62,876 nt of DNA, filler included, from Sphacelaria rigidula (GCA_964200075.2; 11 parts of 11 records of this genome joined end to end with filler, not necessarily neighbours in it); one strand, 5' to 3'; shown: positions 1 through 13,595, counted from the first letter of the whole stretch. The notes: a model not told the origin generated them from the sequence alone. A program made the numbers and translations.

Positions 1-117
1 TTATTGATCCAAAACAAGCTTGTTCGAACAACCGTTGCTGCTTTCAACGAAGATCTGACTCGAAATTTCGAGCAACAAGTGGCCCAAAATACCCCCCCCC
101 CTATCGTAGGATGACTC
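1..117. mobile_element. Terminal fragment of a GAG-terminated (Sola-like) DNA transposon
   Basis: Near-identical to 17179-17286. Both end in CCCCTATCGTAGGATGACTC, the same TIR type as the TSD-flanked MITEs at 58282-58536 and 13794-14073. Confidence 0.7.
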
Positions 118-3100
118 ATAGGACAACGCGAAATCAATGCAGGACAGGGATAGGCTGAGGATGTGACGTCTTGCGGTACGCTTTGTCACCCTACACCCTG
201 TCGCTGTGCAGTGAGCAGGTGATACCGGCGAACGCGTCACGCTGCGGGTGGTACACAGTGTCGAACACTGAAGCAATCAGTATATTTCATGTACCTACTT
301 GTACATATATCTGTGCTTTGAATATCGATGCGCACACACACAGCAACTACTATCGCCATTATTAATCGATCAGGGGGGTCCCCCCCTACCCCCCCCCCCT
401 CAAATAGGGTACCCAGGGGTCCCCGCCTACAGCCCCGGAATGAGGTTTAGGCGACCTGGGGGTGGTGGTGCCGTCATTTCCCCATATAGGGCCCCTCGAC
501 CCAGCGTGCAGCTGCTTGACGCTTGACACTGTCTCCTGTCTGCCCGAGAAACAGCAGTTTGCTACTTAAAGTCTATGGCATACCGGGAAGCAAGTCCTGT
601 ACGTGTAGTTGAGAACAGGAATGGTAGTAGCTGGGACTGGTGCGGGACGGCCTAGCGGGAATTTGCCGGGAAACGGTCCGCGCCTCAGCGCCGGCTTGCT
701 GCGGACCCTTGCGAATGTAGGGCGACGGCGAGAACACGAACACGATATATGCTTCAATACAACTTCACGCTTCCGTGCAACGACTCATCAACATACCCCG
801 GGTGCGTGCGACAGACCTTCAGTTCAGAGTAGAAGAGCCCGGCCGAGATCACGCCGGCTTCACCGCCGAAATCTGAGACCGCAACGTCACAAACACCGAA
901 ATAAAATTGAAATTTGAAGCGCCCTAGACACAGGGCAATCCATCAATATGAATACTATATACTTTTGGCAACGTCCAAGTGAGGTGCATGACGCAAGTGC
1001 AGAGAGCAGGTATGCATAATTTATGCATGTTGTCCAAACGTTAAATCAAGCGACAACTCCTATGTGCATGCCATGCGATTTCTGGGTAAACGGGTTGACT
1101 CCAGATATATACTCGGAAACGGGTGGGGAGCGCGCGCGGGGGGGGGGGGTATTCCAGACTTAGTCCACAAACTTCGTGTGAGGATTGGACAGGATAAGGA
1201 CTTCATATAGTCCTGTACACGTTTCGAATGACGTCCATCCGACCTCGACGCTCGCTCATTTTGCGTTCGATTCAAGAGTAATGGACAAGAAGGGGGTAAA
1301 AGACGCCCAACAACTGTAGCCAAAACAGAGTGCACCAAATTCATGGGGGAGGAGGATGAGGACGTGCGCTCTCGTCTTCACTGTGGACGTCTTGCTCCAC
1401 GTCGCTCTCCGTCCCTGGACGCTGTGGAATGGAACAACCAGACAAGAATCGCAGCATTGAGCACACATACCTCTCGTTTCATCCATCGTTCTTCATTCCG
1501 TTCGACCCTCTTTTTCACCGCTCTCTACTCAACCGCACTTCATTGCCTCCCTGCCTACACTGTTGAAGCATATTCCACACGGGAAATGGTAACCCTCTAC
1601 AGTGACGCGCGTACTGCAGAATAATGCCCCGGTCCATCGCATGATGATACTACTTTTCCTTCCTCCAAAGCGCGGCGCATGTGTTTCCGCGACCGAGTTT
1701 TGCGACAACAGTGTACCCTCGCTGGCTCTCACACATGAGCACCTGATATTCTGCTTTACAAAAAAAAAAAAGAGTGAATTTCAACACACATCCGCTCCCA
1801 CCAACCCCGACCACAACTCGTCACAACATGCACTATTTTCACCATACACGAACACAACCATCACCAACGCTTGAACATGCCACAAGTCATCGCCACGAAA
1901 AAAGCAAAGTAAGCTCATACTGCCCACGGCAAAACTTCATGTACTGTTTTGTTGTGCTGATCTTCTGAGCCCTGTCAAGTCACAAGGAGCAAAAATCATC
2001 CATCTGCCTCTAATAAGCCGATGTACCAGGATACTTTCTGTTGACATTAAGCTCCGAACCGCTACATGTCCCAGTCACCATCCACGGTCTGGTTCGTGCC
2101 TTTCATAATATGGTCAACGATACATGATTCGGAAGACCGAGGGTACTTGTACGAGGCAAGTACGGCACACTTGATACGTGATACAAGTATGAGAAAACCC
2201 GTCCCGCCGCACGCGCACGCTCTCCGCCCTCCCCCCTCCCGGAACCCAAGATGAACTTTCGAAGGAGAAACTCGTCACACAAGGTCGTACTTTGCGGTAA
2301 GAAAGACAAAACAGAACACAACGCAAACCGCCTCGCCGTCGCTGTACCGCAAAAAGATTCTTCACCACACAATGCAACGAGAACGGTATCGCGAAACCCG
2401 TGAATCTCTACAGAAGCTAAACCTTTTGTTACGGCGTAATACAAGAAAGTGCAAAAATATAAGAATGCAACGATTCGCAGAAAGTGCAGAGTTACGTTTC
2501 TCCTGATCGATCAGCAGTCATCGTCCATTGCTGTCCTGCCTGACATTCACATTCATGCACACACCTATACACAAATCTACACACTCAACAACAAAAACAC
2601 AACACTCCATGATAAGGGTAAAATCGGGGGAGAAGCAAGGGGGGCATTTTGAAAGCGAAATAATGCAGACAGCAGCGAACAACGCAGTGCGTGTTTTGTT
2701 TGATCTGTAGTCACTGGATCTTCGAAATTTGTGACAAACTGCGTGCTGCGCTGTGCTGTAGTTGCTCACCGCAGTAGTACTATACAACTGCCCGATGATG
2801 CCACACCAACAGACAGAAGACCGTTACCAAAGCTGTGGTTGAAAAGCGGGCACGGCACTCCCGCACAAGACCACCATTCTACTTTGCTCCTGATTTTTTT
2901 TCGATACCAAGAGAAACTCACGCACGCATGCACACACATGCACACCAGCGTATGGCATACACACTCTGGAATATGACGCACGTCGGCTCGCGCCCAAAGG
3001 GCGGCCCACGCAAACCACTGCCTAGCGCAGAAAGCAGCATAACGGTACCCACGTATTGGAACCGTGATCATCAGTGTGTCGCCTACAAGCAAGTACACAA

Positions 3101-5626
3101 TAAGTGCGTGCCGTGTCGGTCGCACTGTATTTACATTTCCCGCGAGGAGTGGACGGCAACCAAGCACACCCCGACACCCAAGATATGTTTCTACTGCAAC
3201 ACCAGCGCACATACCAGCCTGCCACGTTCGAGCGGTACAACATCTGAAGAAGACCGTCGACCTTGTCCCAACACTATTTCAACATTTTCCTTCTTGTTGT
3301 GACGCTCCTTCCCTCTCCGTGCCGCTATCCTTCCCTCTCACGCACACGCACATGCACATGCACCACTTGGAGGCAAGTGAGCAGTCCCCCCCCTCGGCAT
3401 CCTTGCATATATTTCAAGTCATTTTTCAGTGCTTCATTTGGTGCCTTGTAGGTTCATTCGTGTGTGCTTGTCGCCGTGATCTTGTGTTGCTCCACGACTT
3501 TTCTCCACCATCTCTCCGAAGTACTCTCCTCGCAACTTCCTCCGTGTATGCTCATGCTCGTTGTTGTTCACTCGTTTCATGGCGCGTTGCCCACGATGAT
3601 TACGCGCCTGCTGCCTCCGCCACCGCTTCCACTCTTCCCTCCCCGGCCACCCTGTTCCTCACGAGTAACGTGAGTTTTGATGCACAACACGTCAAAGAGG
3701 CCGTCAAGAAGGAGCGCTCTGCATGAGATAGATATACATAATAGGTCGACTGATTTATTGATTGGCTCGAACGTTTCCTGATTGATTCATTGCTTGACTC
3801 ACGACAAAAGTGGTTAGCTTTACGAATTCGTAATATGCAAAAACCGAATCGCACACCAAGTCAAAATCCGGACGAATACTCAAGCGACATTTGCATAGCA
3901 AATGCGCACTCATCATGAGGGTAATGAAAATCATGCTGGGGGTTAACGTGATGTTCTCACCAGCAAAACGGCCGTAGTTCATATTGTTGACATCAAATGA
4001 AAGTCACAATCACAGGGAATAAAAACAAACGTTGTGTGAAGTACGCGCGCGCACGTTTCCAACCTTCCGAAATGTGAGCTCCGGTATCCTACAAGAGCTC
4101 CGGCGTAATGTGGCGGCAGAATTGAACCGCACCCTGGACAATACATGGTCAATAGGTGCGAAAGACGGAGGTGTACTGGGTAAAGTATAGACATATTGCA
4201 ACTATTGTCCGCCCGGACAATAGTTGCAATAATAGGCCTATACTTACCCCGTTCATTTTTGTCCATTGCATCTACAGACAATATATTCTTGTCTAGGGTG
4301 TAAACTAAACTCAACACCCGAGAAGTTGTGGCAACAATGTTTTCACGTGAGCCCAGCTCGTGATGCCATCAAAATGGGGCAAGCAGCCGGATCCACCCCC
4401 CTTCTCACCCCCTCCTTCCCCCCGGATGAAAATTGAAGGATTCACATTTCCTCGTTCACCGTACGTACATGCCTGGACTCGCAGCAACGTCGGTTCCCAT
4501 TGGTCACGGAGTACAGTACTGTACAATACTCTGCGACAATCCCGACAGCTCCCGGTATACGAAGTATAACAAGAGCAGCCCGGCTGCTTCGCCATTCTCC
4601 CTCCGCACGCAGCCAAAAACACAACAAGATAAAAACCAATGCATTGCCGGTACATCCTGCACACAACACAACACTTGTCTCGAAATTCCGTCCACACGGT
4701 ACTCTTGCCGTAGGGGGGGGGGGGTTCCCTCCACTTTTTTCAACCCCTCCCCTTCTTTGGGAGGAGACTGTAGTCTTAGTGAATTAACCCATCTCTTCTC
4801 CTCATAGTATATAAATCGTGTATGTCATGGGTGAAAGCTTCACATCCACAAAATAGCGAGGTAAAAATAGACGAACCGCAGTCTGCTCCCACGGCTTTTT
4901 GTTTCCTAGGATTGGGTATGACTGTGGTTTCTGCGCAAGACCTCTCCCATCGACGCCAAGTGGCAGCGGCCGGTCATTTCTAGTTCTTTTTTTTTCATCA
5001 TCCACTATTTTCTCTTCTCAAACCTACTCTGCCTGTCCTATCTTCCTGTTTCTTCAGCGAGTGTTTCCATTATGTTCTCATCTCGGGCACGCGTACTACC
5101 TGACAATGGCTGGATCCCTGGGGAGGGGAGAGAAAGTGCGACAATCAAATCAAGCAATCAAATATGCATGCAGATAAATGATGAACGACGCACACGCTAC
5201 AGGCTTGTTCATTCGCACACGACTAAGAACAAAGTAGCTGCAGCTACGTCCACGGAAAGAAACACTTGGTATTATAGTACTATACACAGTGGTGCACTTT
5301 TTTTTTCTCCACTTCAATTATATGTTTTCAACCTGTTTGCTGTTCCTCTTGGCGCCTAGAGCTCCCGCTCTTGCCTTCTTTCCGGCGGTGACCTGACGCA
5401 CACATCCATGAACATAGCGCAATGTACAAGCAGGTGTGACAAGGAGAGAAAAATACGACGCGATGAAAGGCAGTGCGCAAAAGATCAAACCTGTAACATC
5501 GTGCCACCACCGTTATCGCGCGCGCGTCTTTAGAAATGTCACCAAAAAAAAAAAAGTACCAAAATCTAACGTCCAGCCGACACGGAAGGTAAAAATCTCC
5601 ACATCCCATGATATTTGAAATTGGGG

Positions 5627-5726
5627 NNNNNNNNNNNNNNNNNNNNNNNNNNNNNNNNNNNNNNNNNNNNTTAATTAATTAANNNNNNNNNNNNNNNNNN
5701 NNNNNNNNNNNNNNNNNNNNNNNNNN
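5627..5726. other. Artificial contig-joining spacer (N44-TTAATTAATTAA-N44). Identical spacers at 11353-11452, 17079-17178, 22804-22903, 28529-28628, 34254-34353, 39979-40078, 45704-45803, 51429-51528, 57153-57252
   Basis: Identical 100-bp block with a six-frame stop linker recurring every ~5.7 kb. The intervening contigs decrease from 5626 to 5624 bp. Confidence 0.98.
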
Positions 5727-5814
5727 CCATATTCTTGTGCGTCTAGAATCGTTGGGAGCCCCTGAACCAGACAGAATTTCGCGAAAAAAATGCACCCCTG
5801 CCGTGGCACTGCTC
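5727..5814. mobile_element. Terminal fragment of Sola-like element
   Basis: Matches ~23021-23108. Ends GTGCACCCCT(G/A)CCGT(G/A)GCA(C/T)TGCTC-like, the reverse complement of the GAGCAATGCTACGGTAGG TIR. Confidence 0.7.
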
Positions 5815-6078
5815 TGGAGCAAGAACGCCTGAGTCCAACGCCGTAGACTGTACAACCAGCTGTCTTCCTTCAATCGCAAAACACGCACCCTCCGACCACA
5901 ACTCGGAATACCCGGAGCTGTGAGACCCACGCGCCAATGTCATGTCATGGCTCAAGCGACGTTGTGCTCTCACAGCTCCGGGTAATCCGAGTTGTGGTCG
6001 GAGGGTGCGTGTTTTGCTATTAGAAGAAGACAGCTGATTGTACAGTCTACGGCGTTGGATTCAGGCGTTCTTGCTCCA
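5815..6078. repeat. Hairpin/foldback MITE-like element with ~110-bp inverted arms
   Basis: 5815-5925 (TGGAGCAAGAACGCCTGA...CGGAGCTGTGAGA) is a near-perfect reverse complement of 5968-6078. Confidence 0.85.
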
Positions 6079-6761
6079 ATCCGAAATCCGGTCGGTGTCC
6101 ATCTCCGTTTCCGAGCCGCAAACTGCAGATCCGGTAACGGTCTGACGTTGCCGCCCTCGCGTGGTGCCGTTCGGGCTGGTGTGCCGGCAAGATGCTCACC
6201 CGTGTTCGTTGAATCTTCGTGAGGTCCGGCGCACAAGGGACCTGTATGCATCGTTGGATCTTCCGGGTCTTCGGGCCGACCAACAGGGGGGCTACACTCT
6301 TTTGGTCGTTGTGTTTCGGCCTTCTTTGGCGGGGTGTAGTTTTACCGAAAATGGCTATGGTTGTGACTGCTCGGCGTATCTTGCGCTGAGACCGCGGTCA
6401 CCACTTCACAAAAAAGGGGCACCACTTGACAGAAAAGGGACAACAGTATACCAAAAACGGGTAGATATAAATTTTTAGCAGAGGGCAGGGTGTACTCTCC
6501 TGTTTTGCTTACATAAAAGGGTACTTTCACGGGCTCTCATTCGGCGCGGTCGTTCAGCCCAGTAACACTTGTGAAAGTGAAAACAAATGGTCGGGTATGC
6601 TGCCCAGGGACCTTGGGCGTGGGGCTGAGGTGCTGGAACGTGTTTTCGAGGTGTTCGGCCAGCGTGCAGCGCCCCAAAGCGAAAAATGCGCCACCCTTCT
6701 TTGCTCCAAAAGCATAAGGGTGTACCCTTTTTTGTATATTGCCCTTTTTTTTATTATCTGT

Positions 6762-6992
6762 TTTTAGTACCCCACCTTCCTTCTGCGGTGCTTGCCTTTT
6801 TTTTATCGCGAGAGGGGTTTAGCGATCCCTTTCCCTCGTCGACCGTTAAGTCGAATTTTGTGTACCCAAGACATAGTCGCTCTCCACTGTTGGGCATGGT
6901 GTGAGAAAAACCCAGATCGCTCCGAGAATTGAACCCACGACACAACCGCCAGGAGGTTACAAGGTTATTAACTGAGGCACCGGGGCGACCGG
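6762..6992 (-). mobile_element. tRNA-derived SINE, 3'-truncated and diverged copy
   Basis: Homologous to 41341-41573. The minus strand begins CCGGTCGCCCCGGTGCCTCAG with degenerate A and B boxes. Confidence 0.75.
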
Positions 6993-7384
6993 TGTGTGTG
7001 GGCATTCATCGTGCCCTATGGTTCCATGACTGTTGATGTTTTGCTGGGGGCGAGGCGAGACGAAGTTCTTTGAAGTACTAAAACCTGGTTTGGAATCAAG
7101 GAGTATTATATACATGGTGCAGTGTTTGCAACTTCGCATTCAACTTTTAGACCTCTCGGGGACGGTGATCACCTGTCCCCGATCCCCAATACGCACACTA
7201 CACGTGTACACAGACGATTGGAGCAATGATATAAAATGAACAACACACCAGTAAAAACAGAAAGTTGGCAGCATAGACAAATCGATAAACGAGGAAAAAC
7301 AAAGGCAACACCAAGAGGAACAGGAGGAGAAAAATACGAACCCCGATCGAACATGGCTTGCTAGACAAAGCAAAGACAAACATC

Positions 7385-7425
7385 GAAACAAGAAACAAGA
7401 AACAAGAAACAAGAAACAAGAAACA
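7385..7425. repeat. (AAGAAAC)n microsatellite
   Basis: 7-bp tandem units. Confidence 0.85.
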
Positions 7426-7699
7426 ACGCCAGATCGCACCGAAAAACAAAAACCACAGACTTGATGCTCTGTTGTTGGTTTTCTCATTTTGACGTGCGAA
7501 GGATTCCCAAACGACGTTCATCCCGATGGACCAGACCGGGGGAAGTGAAGGCGCAGCGATTAGCTCGGCGCACGCTCCAGTGGTAATGCCTCGAAGGTGC
7601 GCTGATATGAGGTGGCAGTAGACAGCTCTGTTGAAATATTTGTGTTTCAGTGTGATATGAAGCATGCATTGCAACGTGGTTGCGATTAACTACTTGCCG

Positions 7700-7778
7700 T
7701 GGGTACTGTGTACTGGGTACTGTGTACTGTGTACTGTGTACTGTGTACTGTGTACTGTGTACTGTGTACTGGGTACTG
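7700..7778. repeat. (GTACTGT)n microsatellite
   Basis: About 11 tandem 7-bp units. Confidence 0.9.
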
Positions 7779-10593
7779 GCAGAGTACAAGAGAAAGGGTA
7801 ACACCGACAGAGGGTAGACGGTAGACGGTAGACGGTACGTGTACAACCGAAAAAAGGAGCTGAAATAGGATCGAATAGAATATCCCAAGATTTGATTGTG
7901 GAGTTCCGTTTGATTCCACACGAAAAATATTTTTCAAGACAGCGCGAAAACGGTAATCACTCAATGTGAGTCCAAAAGGCAGAATGGATATATGCTCGTT
8001 ATGCTTGCTATTCTTGTTATGCTTGTTATGCCTGTTCGTGACGCAAACAGGCTTCATATTATTCATAGCACAAGCAGGTCAAGTCATCTCATTGCAAGGT
8101 GCACCATCACGTCTGGCCAACCAGTGTGTTCTGAACACAGCCTGTATATTCATGGGACTTCATACGATTGGCAGAGATGTTGAGTGCATACATAGGTCAT
8201 GCGGTAAAATATGAAGCCTGCAACGTTGACAGAGGTCTAGCATCAACTCGTGTGACTGACGACTATGAAGAGTGTTGAGTGAGCTTTTCGTGTTCGGTAT
8301 GTGGAACGATCAATCAAAGTATGGTTCTGACTGTCTTGATGTTCATCGTAAGAGTTTCAAAATATTGGGTTTCTCTATATTCTTAACTTTGAGAATAAGT
8401 TTGGTTATTTCTTAATGGCCGCACTGCGAGCAAAGTTTTGTCGCGCACAAACAGTGAGTATGCTTCTTCCCCGTGAACGGGGAACAGCATGGGGCTTAAT
8501 GAAATATGAACCTCAACTTCATCGGCACCTTTGTTGAAGCTCATTAGGGTAACGTTTGACCTAATCTGAAGTAGTTTTTGACGCAGCGAGAGCATCACAC
8601 TGCCTGCGCACACGCCTACATCCAGTTTGCATCGCTGTTGTATTTCGCTCGCTGTTTCAACGTCCTTGAATCCATGCAACCAGCTTTGATGAAAAAAATG
8701 CATGCAATAATCGATATCATGGTCGCCGTGTGATGATATCATGATTGATCATGCGCTTACAAATATTCTTCTCCGATTATTGGGAGCATGAAGTATAGCC
8801 AATCGAGTAAACGTGTAGAGTGCGTCGCAAAAGAGCTTACATTGTACCGTGGACGCGTCCAGGTAAGGTGCCTACAATACCTGATGGACAATTCGTTTTT
8901 GCAACTCCGTCACGAATCGGTGGTTACGTTTATTTTGCGCACACTGGTTGCACGATTCAGATGTACTCTTTCCCGTGTTCGACCCAACTACAGTGCACAA
9001 TTTGATGAAGATACTTTGCGGTGGAGTGGCTGCCCGCTCTTGTATGATTGAGATTTACATTGGTCGAGCTTCTTCCCGTGTGAGTGCCGTCTTCATTGGT
9101 CGATCTTCACCGCGTTCGATCCGTTGTGCCACTGCAAAGGCATTCCAACTTTCTTCTTTCTGACATGAATTTTCATTGTTTGTCCTGAGATGTATCCAGA
9201 GCCGCTGTGTCAAACAGTCAGCGCTGACTGAGTAAGTATTATCTCCGTGGTTATTTTGACATCTTGCCACGAGCTAACCTCGGGTTTGGCTCCGCCTCGT
9301 GCGCTGTCATTCCTGTTAACAACGCTGCTATGATGATACGTGCGGTTTATCGTCCCTACTGTAGCCTAGCGCGTTTGCACCGGGTTACCGCGGTGTGCTC
9401 TTTCATATTTCGTACACAAAGATATCGGCCAGAAAAACCCTTGGGGCGATAGGGAGAGTTCGATCCTCCATGTGTTCAACACGTTGGATGAACACGGGAA
9501 GTAACTGTGGTCAAGAAGTCACGGTAAGCATCGACCTACTCAGTGGGCGCTGACGGAGGAACTGACTCAGAGCATCGTTGTGAAACCTCAACAATTTCAG
9601 CCGAGATTCGAACGCCCCCACTTCAACGTTCGAACGAGAAACAATTCGGGGAATAGTGAGAGCCTATCTCGATCAGCTGTTGAGCTCAGCTGCTACGGTG
9701 AGCGTGTTGTTGGGATTGCGTTAACCGTCCATGCTCATGGCATAGGGATCGATATTGGGACTTGGAACCTTGCTTTTCTATTTCGTGAAAAATTATCCTG
9801 GAGTAACATATACTATGTACCTGTAATGCGGAACAAGAGGCTTTGTTGTGGAGGCTTGACCCGCCACCATATTATGGCTCTTGCTTGGTGTTGTAGATGA
9901 ATCGCTTGAGTGAGTCGAGCAGAAAAATACACAGAGGCAGGCATACACCCGCTTTTTAAAGAATTGCGCGTTTTCCAGGTAGATGTGGGTGCGTGGCAGG
10001 AGTTTCTCAACAAGGTGCTCTGAAGAAGTCCCCCAAGACGCACGTACGCAGGAATACTGTAGTTAGTATACATCCACCATCGCTTCGGTGTCGCAAATTG
10101 CAGTATTACTCCGGGCATTCGACGGTAAATGTATAACATGCACTAATGTAGTATAGAAAAGGGTATCTGATAGCCGTCACGAGCGTGGGTACCTACCACC
10201 AATCACTTGACCCCTCTACTATAATAGAATCTAAAATGGTGAGTTATTCTGGAAGGTATTGGCTGTTCGATTTCACAGGGTGACTCCTTTCCACCACCTG
10301 GGATCTATTTATTTGCTGAATTTCCTGCATCCAAGCTAACTGATTCCTGTGGTTTATAGATGGGACTTATATTTCGTGTCCCTGGTTGTCCCTGGTGGTC
10401 GCCACCGCAGCACTGCGGACATGGACTTGGACATGGAGTCGAAACTGGAGTCTTTCGCTCCGGAGTTGCTGCCCCTCTGGCTGCAGCACCGCCATCAAAT
10501 CCCGAAGGAGCTCGCGGCGGACCTAGGCGTGGGAGGGGTGAGTAATCTGACGACTTGCTGCGCTTTGGGGATATCACTTTCACGGGTTTGTGT

Positions 10594-10968
10594 TATGGCG
10601 CAATCTCCAACTGGGATATGGATATGTCGAAGGTGGACATCGCAGATCGATATCCATCTGGGACATGTACATTCGTCTATCTGGGATATAGGATGTCCAT
10701 ATTCGAGATATCCCCCATTGAATTCTCAGATGGACAACTCAGATGGACAACTCAGATGGACAGCCCAGATGGACAGCCCAGATGGACAGCCCAGATGGAC
10801 AGCCCAGATGGGCTGGGATGTGGATATTCCAAATTGACGTACATCTCTCACATGGGTATCCCAGAGGGATGTCTGCATCCCAGATGGGTATGATGTCCCA
10901 GATGGATCTGATATCTCATTTGGGTATTCATCTGGGATATCCACATCCCAAATGGAGGTTGCACACTA
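10594..10968. mobile_element. MITE-like element with internal 13-bp tandem repeats (AGATGGACAGCCC / AGATGGACAACTC)
   Basis: Left GCAATCTCCAACTGGGATATGGATAT is an imperfect inverse of right GATATCCACATCCCAAATGGAGGTTGC. Tandem 13-mers at ~10728-10810. Confidence 0.55.
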
Positions 10969-11452
10969 ATGCATCACTCCCATCATATCAACCTTCACAA
11001 TGAAATCTACAATTGTATGCAGCGGTTATCTAAAACTGTCGGTAGGGAGACGCGTCGGACCCTGATTTATTTTTTTTGCTCGTGGTACTCGTTGTTCTAC
11101 AAGAAAGAGTGCGCTGACGCAGCGCCATTATGGATCTGCAAAGCAAGTACAGATGGACGCTTGCCAGAGGCAAGAACAAATCATGACCTCAACGCGGACA
11201 CGTTAAGACAACGGACTCGACAGGGTATACGTGCCGTAATACCCGGGTTTTCGTATTCCCCTCAGTCGTGGTACCCTCCCCCCCCCGGTGAGACACCCAT
11301 GAGGCAGTGTATAAGCTGTGGCTGTCTCAGGAAGTGGCGATACCAGAAAATANNNNNNNNNNNNNNNNNNNNNNNNNNNNNNNNNNNNNNNNNNNNTTAA
11401 TTAATTAANNNNNNNNNNNNNNNNNNNNNNNNNNNNNNNNNNNNNNNNNNNN

Positions 11453-11483
11453 GGCGGGGGGGGGGGGGGGGGGGGGCGGGGCG

Positions 11484-11531
<48 letters not shown>

Positions 11532-11630
11532 ACTCATTTGTTGCTTGCCTCAGTCGATTGATTGACCACGCATCCCTTTCGAGGCGGAGCACCGTTCCTA
11601 CTCCTAATAAAGACACCTCCAGCATTCCAA
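11453..11630 (-). mobile_element. 5'-truncated 3' end of the poly(C)-tailed LINE family
   Basis: Reverse complement GGAGTAGGAACGGTGCTCCGCCTCGAAAGGGATGCGTGGTCAAT...GGCAAGCAACAAATGAGTAC-(C)n aligns with 31690-31780. The G-rich run spans 11453-11530. Confidence 0.85.
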
Positions 11631-13390
11631 AGATTCATATCGCGGGGGAGGGAAGAGGGGGGGAGGGGGGGTGCCAATTTTTTACGCTTGGAGTTTAACC
11701 GCGGGTCGATGAAGGTAATTTGTAGTGCTGAGAGAGATGAGCCTACATATTTTCGAAAATGTCTTGATTGTTGCACATTAAGCCATCCTCTAGGGATCCA
11801 GCCGTGGTCATTACCCAGAAGATAAGACGTTTCTTCCCAAGGTGAACAAAACGGAAGTGCCTGCTGAGGACAACTCGACAATGGGAGCAGACAAAGAAAA
11901 AACATGACGTACGGGAAGGGTCGGAACAAACGGAGTAGAATGAGCAAGAACGAGAGGTTTGAAATATATATATATATATATTACTGTTGCGGTGTTTTTT
12001 TTCTCAAGTCACTTACTTCCTTGCAAATAGGTGTCATTTGGTGACAGTAGAGTTAACCGGCGTTGGGCTAAAATATGTTCGTGGTAGATATTACTTGATT
12101 TGAGGGTGTGAACAAGGAGAATCGGATATTTTTAGTGGCGCTGACATTCCCGTGTGCTCCTCGCGTGCGCAGAACGCTTTTTCGCTCAAATTGGTGTCAC
12201 AGGCACCGATTTGGGGTCTACCAAGGCTGCACTTTGCCTAGAATGCTCTATGTACCTCCCTCGTCCGACGGTTCTCGGTATGCCTTGGGTTGGCGTTAGG
12301 GTTAGGGGTAGCGATAGTTGTAGAGTGTGGGAACCATGAACATATCGTAGCCCAACGCCGGTCAACCTACCTCTGTTGTGACGCACGACAGCGTAGTATT
12401 TCATTCTTCCGTTTTTTGTGCTTAACCGCACCGCGGAATATCTCCCGCTTCCCTCGTAAGAGTTTCACGCAACCTGTCACTTTCGGCACCAACGACGTTC
12501 CGAGCGGTTTGCCCCCATTTCGCGCCCGTGACAGCCCTCCAGCACCTGCCGGTGACTTCCCGAACCGTTGACAAAACTACAGCCCCGGCGACCCCCGCAC
12601 CTTTTGCTTAGGCGCATGTTCCTTTTCTCTAAAGAGCGCAGACAGGTGTTGTTTTGCGAATTGCAGTATTTCCACGGACACCGGCGACCCCAGCGCCTGT
12701 CACGCACCAGTCACTACTCTTCACCAGTGACTTTCCGAGTCATGTGACCTCCCAATCCTCCGTTTTGGCCTGTTTCACCATCTGTCCTCCTCGCGGTTCA
12801 CCACACCCAAACAAATCGCATGTGACTTCCCGATCCTTCAATTTTCCGGTTCGCAGCCACTGCTTATCCATGTTACTGCTTGTCCCACACCTCACCACGG
12901 TCCCTCACGTCATCACATTCTCTCGCTCCTTCTCTATGACCGCTCATCGCTGCCCACTGACATCGCCTGTGGGAGTCCTGTTCGTGTTCCAGTCCGATGT
13001 CACTCCATATTTTCGACGACTTACGTTGCAGCTCTTCTCCTTAGGTTGGGAGATGAACGGGCAGGGGAGTCGTCGAAAAGACGGCTTGACATCGGGATGG
13101 AACACGGACAGGACTCCCATAGGCGATGGCTGTGGGCAGTGATGAATGGTCATAGAGCAGGAGCGAGAGAGTGTGATGAGTGAGGGAGGGTGGTGAGGTG
13201 TGAGACAAGCAGCAAAATGGAAAATCAGTTACGGCGGACCGGAGAGTTGGAGGATGGGGAAGTCACATGGGAATTTTTGGGGTGTGGTGAACAGAGAGGA
13301 AGACAGACGGCGAAACCGACAAACGGAAGATCGGAAAGTCACTGGTGAAGAGTAGGGACTGGTACGTGACAGGTGGCCGGAGAAATGCTG

Positions 13391-13595
13391 CAAGGTTAGG
13401 TCAAGTAGAGTGTTCACAATTGCGGGGTATTTTGAAAGTCATACTTGAAGTACACAAACTGGGGGTAGAATTTCAGGAATCGCTTCCCAGCTATTTTTGG
13501 AGTACGTCTCCCAACACTCTACCCTAACTTGAGTACCCCAAGTACGTCTTTCAAAATACCCCGCAATTGAGTATACTCTACTCGACCTGCCCTTG
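13391..13595. mobile_element. 205-bp MITE with 8-bp TSD (hAT or P superfamily)
   Basis: ~48-bp imperfect TIRs CAAGG..AGGTC(G/A)AGTAGAGT..CAATTGCGGGGTATTTTGAAAG. Perfect TSD AAATGCTG at 13383-13390 and 13596-13603. Confidence 0.88.

Noticed and set aside
1..276. Shared peptide ESSYDRGG...SNKLV in ORFs 1..276 and 17131..17868 as a conserved protein domain
   Set aside because: It is the translated non-coding end of a DNA transposon present in both contigs.
5671..5682. Regularly spaced TTAATTAATTAA motif
   Set aside because: It is an artificial six-frame-stop linker embedded in N-runs, not biological.
8380..9270. Possible decayed coding sequence on minus strand
   Set aside because: Short ORFs with no motif I can recognise, so a call cannot be supported without a translated search.
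12293..12310. Telomere-like TTAGGG repeats
   Set aside because: Only about two units at an internal position, so not a telomere.
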